Shown here piece after piece: positions 55,824 through 64,000 of a stretch of 64,000 nt of DNA. The number at the start of each line of letters is the position of its first letter. Position 1 is the stretch's first letter. This DNA is from Candidatus Peribacteria bacterium (GTDB taxonomy: Bacteria; Patescibacteriota; Gracilibacteria; Peribacterales; Peribacteraceae). Location: the NCBI GenBank assembly GCA_943350395.1, contig CALRAD010000003.1, positions 20,747 through 84,746 of the forward strand. The letters run 5' to 3'. The notes beneath the pieces are model-generated. The model worked only from the letters and a program-made list of their open reading frames with translations. It ran no database searches and was not told the DNA's origin. The position numbers and the translations under genes are program-made.

Positions 55824-56501
55824 ATGGTCATCTCCGAAATTTTCCACTCACTTCAGGGCGAAGGACGAACAGTCGGAACACCGTGCGTGTTCGTGCGACT
55901 CGGCATGTGCAATTTGAAGTGCAATTTTTGCGATACGCCGTATACGTGGAAAGAAGGACATGAGGATTACAGTGACGAAGCGAACGAACGTATCATGGAA
56001 GCTGTCTCAAAAATTCTAGAGGAATTTCCGTACACCCATACGATCGTCTGGACCGGTGGTGAGCCGATGATGCAGCAGCGCGATATTGTCGCCGCGATCG
56101 ATTATCTGAATCAGCGATTTGCTTCCCGAAGACTTGAACACGAAGTGGAAACGAACGGGACGATTCTCGCGCAGCCCGTATTCGATGAGCGCATCGATCG
56201 CTACAACTGTTCGCCGAAAACCGCGATGTCAGGGAATTCGCAGTACTCGGTGAAGCTGAAGAACTTCGAGAAGACCACGTATAAGTTTGTGGTCGGCGAC
56301 AAAGATCATTGCGCCGAGGCTTTAGCGGAAATCGAGCGTCAGAAACTCCCGAGAGGGCGGTGCATGTTCATGGTGCTCGGGACGACAGCGAAAGAGATGC
56401 AGGAGCGTTCGCCAGCGATTGCCGAAGTCTGCAAGAGAGAGGGGATAGCGCTGTGTCTGCGACTACAGTGTATTATTTGGGGTGACAAACGCGGCGTATG
56501 A
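55824..56501 (+). CDS. queE: 7-carboxy-7-deazaguanine synthase QueE (radical SAM)
   Basis: Motifs EIFHSLQGEG, CNLKCNFCDT, TGGEP, ETNGT, SPK. Coupled to queC. Confidence 0.92.
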   Translation: MVISEIFHSLQGEGRTVGTPCVFVRLGMCNLKCNFCDTPYTWKEGHEDYSDEANERIMEAVSKILEEFPYTHTIVWTGGEPMMQQRDIVAAIDYLNQRFASRRLEHEVETNGTILAQPVFDERIDRYNCSPKTAMSGNSQYSVKLKNFEKTTYKFVVGDKDHCAEALAEIERQKLPRGRCMFMVLGTTAKEMQERSPAIAEVCKREGIALCLRLQCIIWGDKRGV

Positions 56502-57223
56502 GAACGATCAACGAAATCCTCACAGGCTACACCGATGACACGCTTCTGCCTCCCGTAGGCAGCAGCGGAGTACAGATACTGTCAGGCGGAATGGATTCGG
56601 TCACGCTCCTGCATTTTTTGGTGAAGCACAGAAAGTGCACGATGAAAGCGCTGTCGTTTGAGTACGGACAAAAACACTGGAAGGAATTGGAGTGTGCGAA
56701 AAAGAATTGCGAAGAACTCGGGGTAGAGCATTCTATCGTTGCGTTGCCGTTCATCAGTGCACTCTTCCAGAGTGCGCTCCTCACGGGAGGCAGTGATATT
56801 CCGGAAGGTCACTATCAAGCCGAAAACATGAAGCAGACTGTTGTGCCGAACAGAAACATGATCATGAGTTCTATTGCCGTTGGTTTTGGCCAGAGCTCCG
56901 GATGTTCGTTTCTCTCCCTCGGTGTGCATGCCGGAGATCACGCGATCTATCCCGATTGCCGCAGCGAGTTCATCGATGCCTTCAGAGCTGCGGTCGAGCT
57001 CTCAGATTGGAATCCGTTCACAGTCTTTGCACCGTTCCAGCGCATGACGAAGATCGAGATTCTCGAGATCGGGTTGCAGCTAAAGCCTCCCGTGAACTAC
57101 GGCAGCACGTGGACGTGTTATAAAGGAGAGGAAAAAGCTTGTGGCAAATGCGGAGCTTGTCAGGAGAGGCTTGAGGCATTTTCCGTACTCAAGATCGCTG
57201 ATCCGTGTGTGTATGGAAAATAG
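56498..57223 (+). CDS. queC: 7-cyano-7-deazaguanine synthase QueC
   Basis: Motifs SGGMDS, YGQKH, VPNRN, YPDCR, TWTCY, CGKCGAC. Confidence 0.95.
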   Translation: MRTINEILTGYTDDTLLPPVGSSGVQILSGGMDSVTLLHFLVKHRKCTMKALSFEYGQKHWKELECAKKNCEELGVEHSIVALPFISALFQSALLTGGSDIPEGHYQAENMKQTVVPNRNMIMSSIAVGFGQSSGCSFLSLGVHAGDHAIYPDCRSEFIDAFRAAVELSDWNPFTVFAPFQRMTKIEILEIGLQLKPPVNYGSTWTCYKGEEKACGKCGACQERLEAFSVLKIADPCVYGK

Positions 57224-57431
57224 AAACATCATTCCTATCGGTCCCTATTTTGCACATCCGCCTCCACGGCAGTCGGTGCATACGCCTCGACAGGCTCAGT
57301 TGCCATTTCCTATTACCGGAAGTCCGGTAAAACTGCTGAGTGTGAGAGACGGAACCATAAGAGATTACCGTCGTCTTATGGCGTATACGCAGATCGATGT
57401 TTCATCGAACGGAATCACCATTGTGGAGTAG
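57213..57431 (+). CDS. Small hypothetical protein (72 aa)
   Basis: ATG overlaps the end of queC; fills the gap to rarA. Confidence 0.4.
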   Translation: MENRNIIPIGPYFAHPPPRQSVHTPRQAQLPFPITGSPVKLLSVRDGTIRDYRRLMAYTQIDVSSNGITIVE

Positions 57432-57455
57432 CGACTGGTGTATCATCGTTTTCCA

Positions 57456-58697
57456 ATGGACTCTCATGCTCCTCTCGCATACCGGCTCCGTCCGAAAACT
57501 CTTGATGATTTTGCAGGTCAGGAGGAAATCGCAGGACAGGGAACTCCTCTTCGGAAAGCGATAGAACAGGACATCCTCTCATCGGTTATCTTTGCAGGCC
57601 CTCCAGGAACGGGAAAGACAACGCTTGCAAAAATTATCGCCGAGGCGACGAAGGCAAACTTCACTCAGCTGAATGCTGTGACAAGCGGTGTGAAAGACAT
57701 CAAAGAAGTGTGTACGCAGGCGGCGGCACTTCGAGAATCTGTGAAGCATGGGGGAGCGATGTTTCCCACATCCGGGCGAACGGTACTCTTCATCGATGAG
57801 ATCCATCGGTTCAATAAATCGCAGCAGGATGCGCTTCTGCCATCGGTTGAGAGCGGAAGCATCATTCTGATCGGTGCGACGACCGAGAATCCTTATTTCT
57901 CAGTCAACAGTGCGCTGATCTCGAGATCGCAGGTCTATCTGCTCAAGCCGCATGCAGTCGAGTCTCTCGAAAAAATACTTGAGCGAGCATTGAAGAGTAA
58001 AGAAGGTTTTGACGGAAAAATCCAGATGCATCCGGATGCCATCAAAAAAGTGGCAGAGATGAGTAACGGCGATGCGCGCATTGCCCTAAATCTTCTGGAG
58101 CTTGCAGTGCTGATGATTGGCACGAAGATCACAAGAGAGGATGCGGAAAAGCTCTTACAGCAGAGGTCGATGCGGTACGACAAAAAAGGCGAAGATCACT
58201 ACGACACGGTTTCCGCATTCATTAAAACGCTTCGAGGAAGCGACGCGTCGGCTTCACTTCTTTGGATGTACAAGATGCTACAGTCGGGAGAGGATCCGAA
58301 TTTCATCTTCAGGCGCATGGCGATCTTTGCAAGTGAGGATATTGGCAATGCAGATCCACATGCGCTTGTCCTCGTGACCTCTGCATGGGATTCTTTTTTG
58401 AAAGTGGGTCTTCCGGAAGGCGAGTATTTTCTGTCACAAGCGTGCACGTATCTGGCAAACGCGAAGAAGGGCGATGCCGTCAAAGTCGCGATGATGGAGG
58501 TAAAATCGATTATTGAATCGGGTATGCCGCTCGAGGTGCCGATGCATCTTCGGAATGCTCCCGTGAAAGCCATGAGCGAGAAACACGGCTACGGAAAAGG
58601 CTACAAGTATCCCCATGATTTCAAAGACGCAAAAGTTGATGAGGATTATTTTCCGATTGGGTACGAAGGCAAGAGAGCATTGTATCGAGTGATATGA
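57456..58697 (+). CDS. rarA: Replication-associated recombination protein RarA/MgsA
   Basis: Motifs PLAYRLRP, GPPGTGKTT, FIDEIHRFNKSQQD, GATTENP, HYDTVSAFIK, ASEDIG, YKYPHD. Confidence 0.96.
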   Translation: MDSHAPLAYRLRPKTLDDFAGQEEIAGQGTPLRKAIEQDILSSVIFAGPPGTGKTTLAKIIAEATKANFTQLNAVTSGVKDIKEVCTQAAALRESVKHGGAMFPTSGRTVLFIDEIHRFNKSQQDALLPSVESGSIILIGATTENPYFSVNSALISRSQVYLLKPHAVESLEKILERALKSKEGFDGKIQMHPDAIKKVAEMSNGDARIALNLLELAVLMIGTKITREDAEKLLQQRSMRYDKKGEDHYDTVSAFIKTLRGSDASASLLWMYKMLQSGEDPNFIFRRMAIFASEDIGNADPHALVLVTSAWDSFLKVGLPEGEYFLSQACTYLANAKKGDAVKVAMMEVKSIIESGMPLEVPMHLRNAPVKAMSEKHGYGKGYKYPHDFKDAKVDEDYFPIGYEGKRALYRVI

Positions 58698-58719
58698 AGA
58701 AACATGCGCAGTGCAAGAC

Positions 58720-58748
58720 TTGCGAAAAATATGAAAATGAAGTATAAT
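58720..58748 (+). promoter_or_regulatory. Sigma70-type promoter TTGCGA-17-TATAAT
   Basis: Near-consensus -35 and perfect -10, 30 nt upstream of ATG 58779. Confidence 0.7.
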
Positions 58749-58778
58749 GTAATCAATACAAACTTCCTTTTCTCTTCT

Positions 58779-60620
58779 ATGAAGAACTTTTCTTTCGCGG
58801 AACAGCGTTTGATCGGCTATGAACAGGTGCAAAGAGAAAATCTATCGGTTGCTTCCGAAAAAGCTGAAGTCGATCCCCGTGATCGAAGTGTCGAAATCAA
58901 TGATGCTCGAGCAAAATTGCAGAGGCAGATTAAAGAATTGGAATCAAGAACAGGCAAGATGGGTCCGGATCTTGCGAACAAATGGCAGAACTATGTTGGG
59001 AATCGCAGGGGTGAGATTGAAACAGCAATCAAGAAAAGCAACGATGGAACCGGGACGCAGCAGGCTGCTCTCGACGCGATTGAGAGGTGCTCGAAGGGGC
59101 TGAAGCCTGTTCTCGAGTACAAGTTTGAGGATGCTCTTCGGCAAGCTCCCTACACTATCGAGATGTCCCGCGAGGGTGTGCGTGTGACGGTTCCGAATAC
59201 AGGAGGAAAATACAAACCGTATTTGCGTACGGACAGGGGATTCTCTCAAAATGGAACGCTCGATGCATCAGGCAGGTATGAGTGGAAGATTCCCGGACCA
59301 TTGGCAACTGATGCTGTGCTTGTGGGATCCTACAATGATGCAGGAGTGGCGACGGAGACCCAGATTGATGCAAGGAAATCGACTCCGACCGACATCGCGA
59401 AAGGTCCAATGATTTCAATCGACAGTACGATTTCGGAAGCAAAGCCGAAGTTGAAGGAAACGGCTCCCGAGAAAAAGCGGATGGAGGAAGTAAAGCAGGC
59501 AGTGCCTCTTTCTCCTGGCGAACAAGTGAATGCAGACCTTTCCGATGATGAGAGAAAAGTCATGAAGCGATGGGATCTTGGGCCACTTCAAAGCACCACG
59601 GACGGTGAAAAGCTTGTTTCAAGCTATGAAAGAGCGGGCTTGAGATTGGATCAACTTCAGAAGCAATTCTCAGACTTGAAATTGGGAGGAGTTGCTCCTG
59701 TCAGGGAAGGCGAAAAAACTGAGGACCAAAAAGCAATGGAGGCAGTTCAGGCCAGATATGCTGCCTTTCGACAAAAGAGGGCAAACGTAGAGACAGCGTA
59801 TCAAGCGAAAGATAATGCGAGTAGATACGTGAATCAGGCATTGCCTGAAACGAAGGCAGCTTTTGATCAGGCTGCATCTGTTTATACAGAGCGTCGAGCA
59901 GAGTTGCAGGATGAGCCTGGCAAAATTATTGCAGAGATCCAACGAGTTTCAGAGCAGTTTGCAAACACTGTTCAGAGTACTTCGGAAGGAAACAACGTTG
60001 CTAAAAAAATTGAGGCTGCACTGAAGTTACCTGCAGCTGAAAAGGTTGATGCGCTCGTGAATGGATTAGAGCTACCGGATGAGAAACTCATTCTTGATTT
60101 GAAGCAGATACTCAATGCATGTGACGACGAAGTGAAGACAGATGTTCAGCAACCCGATCTCAGTGAACTTCATCCCGATATGGATTTCGGCGGAAAGCTG
60201 ATCGTTTACGATGCAGCAGTCTATAATCTCCGCGAGAAAGGAGGCAGTTTCACCAAATTAGATCCGATGGTTGCAAAGGCTGAGAGAGTTGCCAGCCAGT
60301 TGCAAAAAACGGAACGCCCCGAAGAAATTGTTGCTCAAACTTTGAAATTTGCTCGTAGACAAATGTATCTGGAGGCTCTGAAGAAACTTGTTAAGGAATT
60401 GAAAACTGCGAGACAATCGAGAGAAGATCTTTCGGTTGGTACGCTTGATAAGAGAATGGAGCAATCCATGACCGATGCGGAAAAATATCGCTTCTTTCAA
60501 GTGAAGAATATGGGCGAATCCGAGATGCAATTCTTGGGACAAAGAAGGGGGGATCAGACAAAAATTGAGGAAATTCAAAAATTGATCGATAAGCAAAAGA
60601 AAGAAGAAAAGAAATCCTGA
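58779..60620 (+). CDS. Large coiled-coil hypothetical protein with N-terminal AEQRLI motif
   Basis: Starts MKNFSFAEQRLIGYEQ; E/K/Q-rich helices with a short beta-rich segment. Confidence 0.8.
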   Translation: MKNFSFAEQRLIGYEQVQRENLSVASEKAEVDPRDRSVEINDARAKLQRQIKELESRTGKMGPDLANKWQNYVGNRRGEIETAIKKSNDGTGTQQAALDAIERCSKGLKPVLEYKFEDALRQAPYTIEMSREGVRVTVPNTGGKYKPYLRTDRGFSQNGTLDASGRYEWKIPGPLATDAVLVGSYNDAGVATETQIDARKSTPTDIAKGPMISIDSTISEAKPKLKETAPEKKRMEEVKQAVPLSPGEQVNADLSDDERKVMKRWDLGPLQSTTDGEKLVSSYERAGLRLDQLQKQFSDLKLGGVAPVREGEKTEDQKAMEAVQARYAAFRQKRANVETAYQAKDNASRYVNQALPETKAAFDQAASVYTERRAELQDEPGKIIAEIQRVSEQFANTVQSTSEGNNVAKKIEAALKLPAAEKVDALVNGLELPDEKLILDLKQILNACDDEVKTDVQQPDLSELHPDMDFGGKLIVYDAAVYNLREKGGSFTKLDPMVAKAERVASQLQKTERPEEIVAQTLKFARRQMYLEALKKLVKELKTARQSREDLSVGTLDKRMEQSMTDAEKYRFFQVKNMGESEMQFLGQRRGDQTKIEEIQKLIDKQKKEEKKS

Positions 60621-60646
60621 TCAGCAAAATTTCTACCATTTATCCG

Positions 60647-61231
60647 ATGCACACCCTCACACACCGTCTCCGGCTCTTTGCCCATCAGCATGACGATATT
60701 CCTGCATTCCATGCGGCGTATCTCGTCACGACGTTTCTTGTGGCAGCGGTGTTCAGTCTTGGTTATTTCGCGATTCTTATCGTGCTGCACATGATGCTCG
60801 ATTACGTGAAGTATCGAGATTATTTCCGCTTTCCGCTGCGGTTGACTCTGAAGGCGATGATGCTCGAGAGCATCGTCGACATCGCACTTCTCTGTCTCTC
60901 GCTGACCCTCTCGGTGTACCTGAGCACGGGTCTCGCCCTCTCTCTTGTCTCCGGCGTTTTTCGCTCGAGTCTCACGCTCATCGCCGCTCTTGGAACGATT
61001 ATTCCGAAGATTCATATTCTCGAGCACCTTCTCGCCGTATTTCTCGATGTGCATTCGTACATGTATACGCCGCATGCCGACATTCGGCGACCGTTGTCCA
61101 AGATCAACAAGATCGCGCTCGGAACGATCATCGTGACTGTCCTTCTGCTCCTCCTTTCGATTGCACTCTTTCACGGACGAGAAGCAGAACTTTTGGATCT
61201 GATACTCAGTCGACTGTCTCTGAAGCTGTAA
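60647..61231 (+). CDS. Hypothetical membrane protein
   Basis: 4-5 TM segments; TACCAT 7 nt before the ATG. Confidence 0.75.
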   Translation: MHTLTHRLRLFAHQHDDIPAFHAAYLVTTFLVAAVFSLGYFAILIVLHMMLDYVKYRDYFRFPLRLTLKAMMLESIVDIALLCLSLTLSVYLSTGLALSLVSGVFRSSLTLIAALGTIIPKIHILEHLLAVFLDVHSYMYTPHADIRRPLSKINKIALGTIIVTVLLLLLSIALFHGREAELLDLILSRLSLKL

Positions 61232-62237
61232 CGTCCGGGGAACCGTCTGGAAAGTACTCCCGCTCGATTTCTTTGATGATGGAGAACCATTTTTTATGCA
61301 ATTCATTTTCCACGCCTTTTCCGTAACGCTTGATGAAATCGGCATACCGCTCGTCGAGTGTCACGATCCTGTCGAAGAGCACGCGTTTGTCCGCATATGT
61401 CAGAAGTTTCTGTTCAATCGTTTCAGCGAGTGGCGTGCCGGCAAGTTGTATGCCGCTGTGCGTCGAGACGATGTTTCCGATGACCGAGTACCCGCGCTCT
61501 GCAAGAAATTTTTTCGCAGCTTCTTCGTGCGGAGTTCCGTATCGATTTCTCAGATCCGTCCAGATTTCTTTCTCATGTTCGCTTGGGTTGAAATCGCCGT
61601 CGGGCTCGTACGTTTTGAAATCGACGAAGCGAAGGAGATCGTGTGTGCGAGCGGCGGCATGCAGCGCCTGTCTTCTCATGAGGATGGGAGAACTTTCAGC
61701 AAGCAGCTGCATCAACTTGTCAGCGACCGCCGTCACTTGACTGATGTGTTTCTGTATGTGAACGGGGAGCCGTACATCCTGGATCCATGCGTCGATTTCG
61801 CCCTCACTTGGAACCGGGTGATCGAGAAAATCGCAGCGGATGATCCGCTTGTCTCTTTGGTCGTCAATATGCACATGGATGTGCGGGCCGATGCTGCTGC
61901 TGTCGATTCTTTCCGCCCACTCAATCAGTTTGATGCCATGGACATCGTTCGAGTGATCGAGAAATTGTTTGGCCTGCTTGGTACTCAGTCGGTAGAGATC
62001 GATGTGCGTGAAGCGTTCGTATCGGTTTTCGAGTGCGTACGTTGGGCTTTGGACCCTATCTTTTACTCCGAGTCCTTCCGCAAAACCCTGTGCAAAGGTT
62101 GTCTTGCCCGCTCCCAGTTCACCAGTCAGTAAGACGATGAGATTTTCGTCATAGAGAGACTCTGCCAGCGATCGTCCCGAAACCCTTGTTTCTTCGCTTG
62201 TAAGAGCCTCTAGAGTGCTGTCAGAGTAGATTGACAT
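61206..62237 (-). CDS. tsaE: TsaE (t6A biosynthesis ATPase) fused to an HD-domain protein
   Basis: GELGAGKTTF, QSPTY, HIDLYRL and IEWAE, followed by H...THD...HEE...H...YADKR. Confidence 0.88.
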   Translation of the reverse strand: MSIYSDSTLEALTSEETRVSGRSLAESLYDENLIVLLTGELGAGKTTFAQGFAEGLGVKDRVQSPTYALENRYERFTHIDLYRLSTKQAKQFLDHSNDVHGIKLIEWAERIDSSSIGPHIHVHIDDQRDKRIIRCDFLDHPVPSEGEIDAWIQDVRLPVHIQKHISQVTAVADKLMQLLAESSPILMRRQALHAAARTHDLLRFVDFKTYEPDGDFNPSEHEKEIWTDLRNRYGTPHEEAAKKFLAERGYSVIGNIVSTHSGIQLAGTPLAETIEQKLLTYADKRVLFDRIVTLDERYADFIKRYGKGVENELHKKWFSIIKEIEREYFPDGSPDVTASETVD

Positions 62238-62307
62238 TATATTATAATAACACTATAATAGTTACTGTAAAGATCTCACAAACTCACACTCATCCTATCA
62301 CGCCTTC

Positions 62308-63783
62308 ATGATTGCTTCCCGTCTCGGATTTAGGGCACAGTCGATCTATCAGCTGAAGAAGCCTTCGTTACTCAAGGCTGCGCGCCAGCAGTTCTCGTTC
62401 ATGATTGCATCGTTATCTCTTTTTGCATTCGTGGTCGGCAACATGGTGGGGCAGCACGGCTGGTATTCTTTTTGGAAAACGGTGCTCGGCAAAGAAGAGG
62501 ATGTTTCTATTGCATTCGTCGGAACAGTGTCACCCATCGAGAAAATTCCAAATTATTCCGAATGGGCCAAGTATGGAGGCAGCAAGAAGCTGCACACCTT
62601 CAGTCAGGTGCCGGAGCAGGTGCTCTATGCTCTTCCGTCGTACGATCAATCGGCACTGTCATCCGGTGCAGCATCATCGTTTGCGTTGCAGGTGTATTCC
62701 ACACTTTGGGCAGGCGGCTACGATTCTCCAAACGGCAGCCACGCAGGTGTCGATATTGATGCGCCACGCGGCACGCCCATTCAGTCGATTGCAAATGGTA
62801 TTGTCGAGCGGGTGAGTATGGGAACGACGGGATTTGGGCACTTCGTGATGATCAGACATCCGAATGCTCCGGACTCGGGAAGCCCGGGTGGCATCACGAC
62901 GCTTCGTTCGTCGTACGCTCACATGGATGAGGTATCCGTGAGGGAAGGTGAGATTGTCCACAAGGGACAGCGCATCGGCACTGTCGGCAATACAGGCCTC
63001 GTATTCGGTGCTACCGGCTACCATCTGTACTTCGAAGTCGACAGAGACAGCGCCCCGTACCACCCGTATTGGCCGTTTACCAGTGGGGAGGCGAGCGAGG
63101 CTGGACTTTCGTATGTGCAGGCAGTGAACAGCCCTCGTTTTCAAGACAGGCTTCTTCAGTACACGTTGAATCCAATGGCGTTCGTGCAGCAACACCGAAC
63201 GTACGTCCCCGTTTCCGTTCTTGCAGCGAAGCCTGCCGCCGAATCTTCTGGAAGCAACCCCGAAGTTTTTGTTCCGTCTCTCTCTGCAGGAAACAGGCTG
63301 AAGCAAGTGGCTCTGAACCGTCTGCGATCCCGCATTGCGAGGTCATCGACGGCTGTTGTCGCTCAAATATCGCCGTCCCCGTCGGCTCCTGTCGTTACGA
63401 CCTCTGTCGTTGAGGTGACGCAGACCGTGTCGACGGCCGATACACCTTCCGAAAGTCCGATCATCGATCCTTCAACGAATACGGAAGTGCACTCTCTTTC
63501 GATCAGCCATTCGGGCAAACTCGGTCGTACGTGGCAGAAGATTCAGATTTCCGCATTGAATGCAGCCGGAGTTCTCGTACGTTCACCGTCATTTTCCGGT
63601 CGACTCTACGTGCTTCCGGATTTTGGCGAAGCGGAGATTCGTCCCGCAGAACTCTCGTCTCTCGACTTCGTGAACGGCGTTGCAACCATTCATCTCCTTG
63701 CTCGCAGTCAGACAAAACCGGTATTCGTTCTGACTCGGGGAGCGTTTGAAACGAGAAGCACGCCGCTGGAGCCGTCGAGATAA
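62308..63783 (+). CDS. M23 family peptidase domain protein with C-terminal Ig-like region
   Basis: Motifs HAGVD, GTPIQSIANG, SYAHM, VGNTG, GYHLYFEV; N-terminal TM segment. Confidence 0.88.
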   Translation: MIASRLGFRAQSIYQLKKPSLLKAARQQFSFMIASLSLFAFVVGNMVGQHGWYSFWKTVLGKEEDVSIAFVGTVSPIEKIPNYSEWAKYGGSKKLHTFSQVPEQVLYALPSYDQSALSSGAASSFALQVYSTLWAGGYDSPNGSHAGVDIDAPRGTPIQSIANGIVERVSMGTTGFGHFVMIRHPNAPDSGSPGGITTLRSSYAHMDEVSVREGEIVHKGQRIGTVGNTGLVFGATGYHLYFEVDRDSAPYHPYWPFTSGEASEAGLSYVQAVNSPRFQDRLLQYTLNPMAFVQQHRTYVPVSVLAAKPAAESSGSNPEVFVPSLSAGNRLKQVALNRLRSRIARSSTAVVAQISPSPSAPVVTTSVVEVTQTVSTADTPSESPIIDPSTNTEVHSLSISHSGKLGRTWQKIQISALNAAGVLVRSPSFSGRLYVLPDFGEAEIRPAELSSLDFVNGVATIHLLARSQTKPVFVLTRGAFETRSTPLEPSR

Positions 63784-63822
63784 CCGCACGAAATACCAAT
63801 GGTCATTTTCAGGAATTGCTCT

Positions 63823-64000
63823 TTATTTTTTGGAATGTATCCAAAAGTGTATCGACCCAACAAGAACGATGAGCATGACGCCAGCGATCGCTTTCTGTGC
63901 AGTCGAGAGAAACAACGCCCCTCCACCGAATGTCGTAGCGATCATCGCGGTCAAACAAACGATATGGCGTGGAGACCAGCCGCGTGCGAGAAGCAGGTGA
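63823..64000 (-). CDS. MraY/WecA/TagO family (glycosyltransferase family 4) C-terminus, partial
   Basis: Manual translation HLLLARGWSPRHIVCLTAMIATTFGGGALFL...HSKK* resembles the region after the WecA/TagO HxHH motif. Only the tail is visible. Confidence 0.6.
   Translation of the reverse strand, partial: HLLLARGWSPRHIVCLTAMIATTFGGGALFLSTAQKAIAGVMLIVLVGSIHFWIHSKK

Noticed and set aside
1-64000. CRISPR array, rRNA, transposase/integrase, prophage, retron/RT
   Set aside because: No regularly spaced repeat-spacer array and no recognisable signature protein or rRNA sequence seen.
1-64000. Genetic code 25 (TGA = Gly), as in some Gracilibacteria
   Set aside because: Conserved genes (truB, dut, dnaA, recG, rarA) end at TGA at expected lengths and show no internal TGA.

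Overview
A 64-kb chromosomal segment that looks like a Patescibacteria (CPR) genome, most likely Peregrinibacteria/Peribacteria. This is inferred from gene content; TGA is used as a stop codon. It holds scattered housekeeping genes (truB, ftsA-ftsZ, dut, comF, rseP-dnaA, thrS, eno, infB, rplS, lepA, rplI, secG, rplU, tgt, clpP, miaA, recG, queF/queE/queC, rarA, tsaE), five tRNAs and many lineage-specific envelope or possible host-interaction proteins. I found no CRISPR array, rRNA, transposase or prophage. Main observations: (1) most genes have a TAnnnT -10 box only 6-8 nt before the start codon, suggesting pervasive leaderless expression, and some divergent pairs share one overlapping -10 box; leadered genes have C/U-rich leaders without a Shine-Dalgarno. 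(2) Several families of short palindromic repeats occur; one copy lies in frame inside miaA and one supplies the lepA stop codon. (3) Several proteins are unusual: a caspase-like protease with a LysM-like insert, a sigma region 4 plus two alphaCTD protein, a TsaE-HD fusion, a TGT without zinc ligands, a degenerate Lgt, and large proteins sharing an N-terminal EQRL(L/I) motif. (4) DnaA boxes cluster upstream of rseP-dnaA, and dnaN does not follow dnaA. All calls come from reading the sequence by eye; no searches were run.
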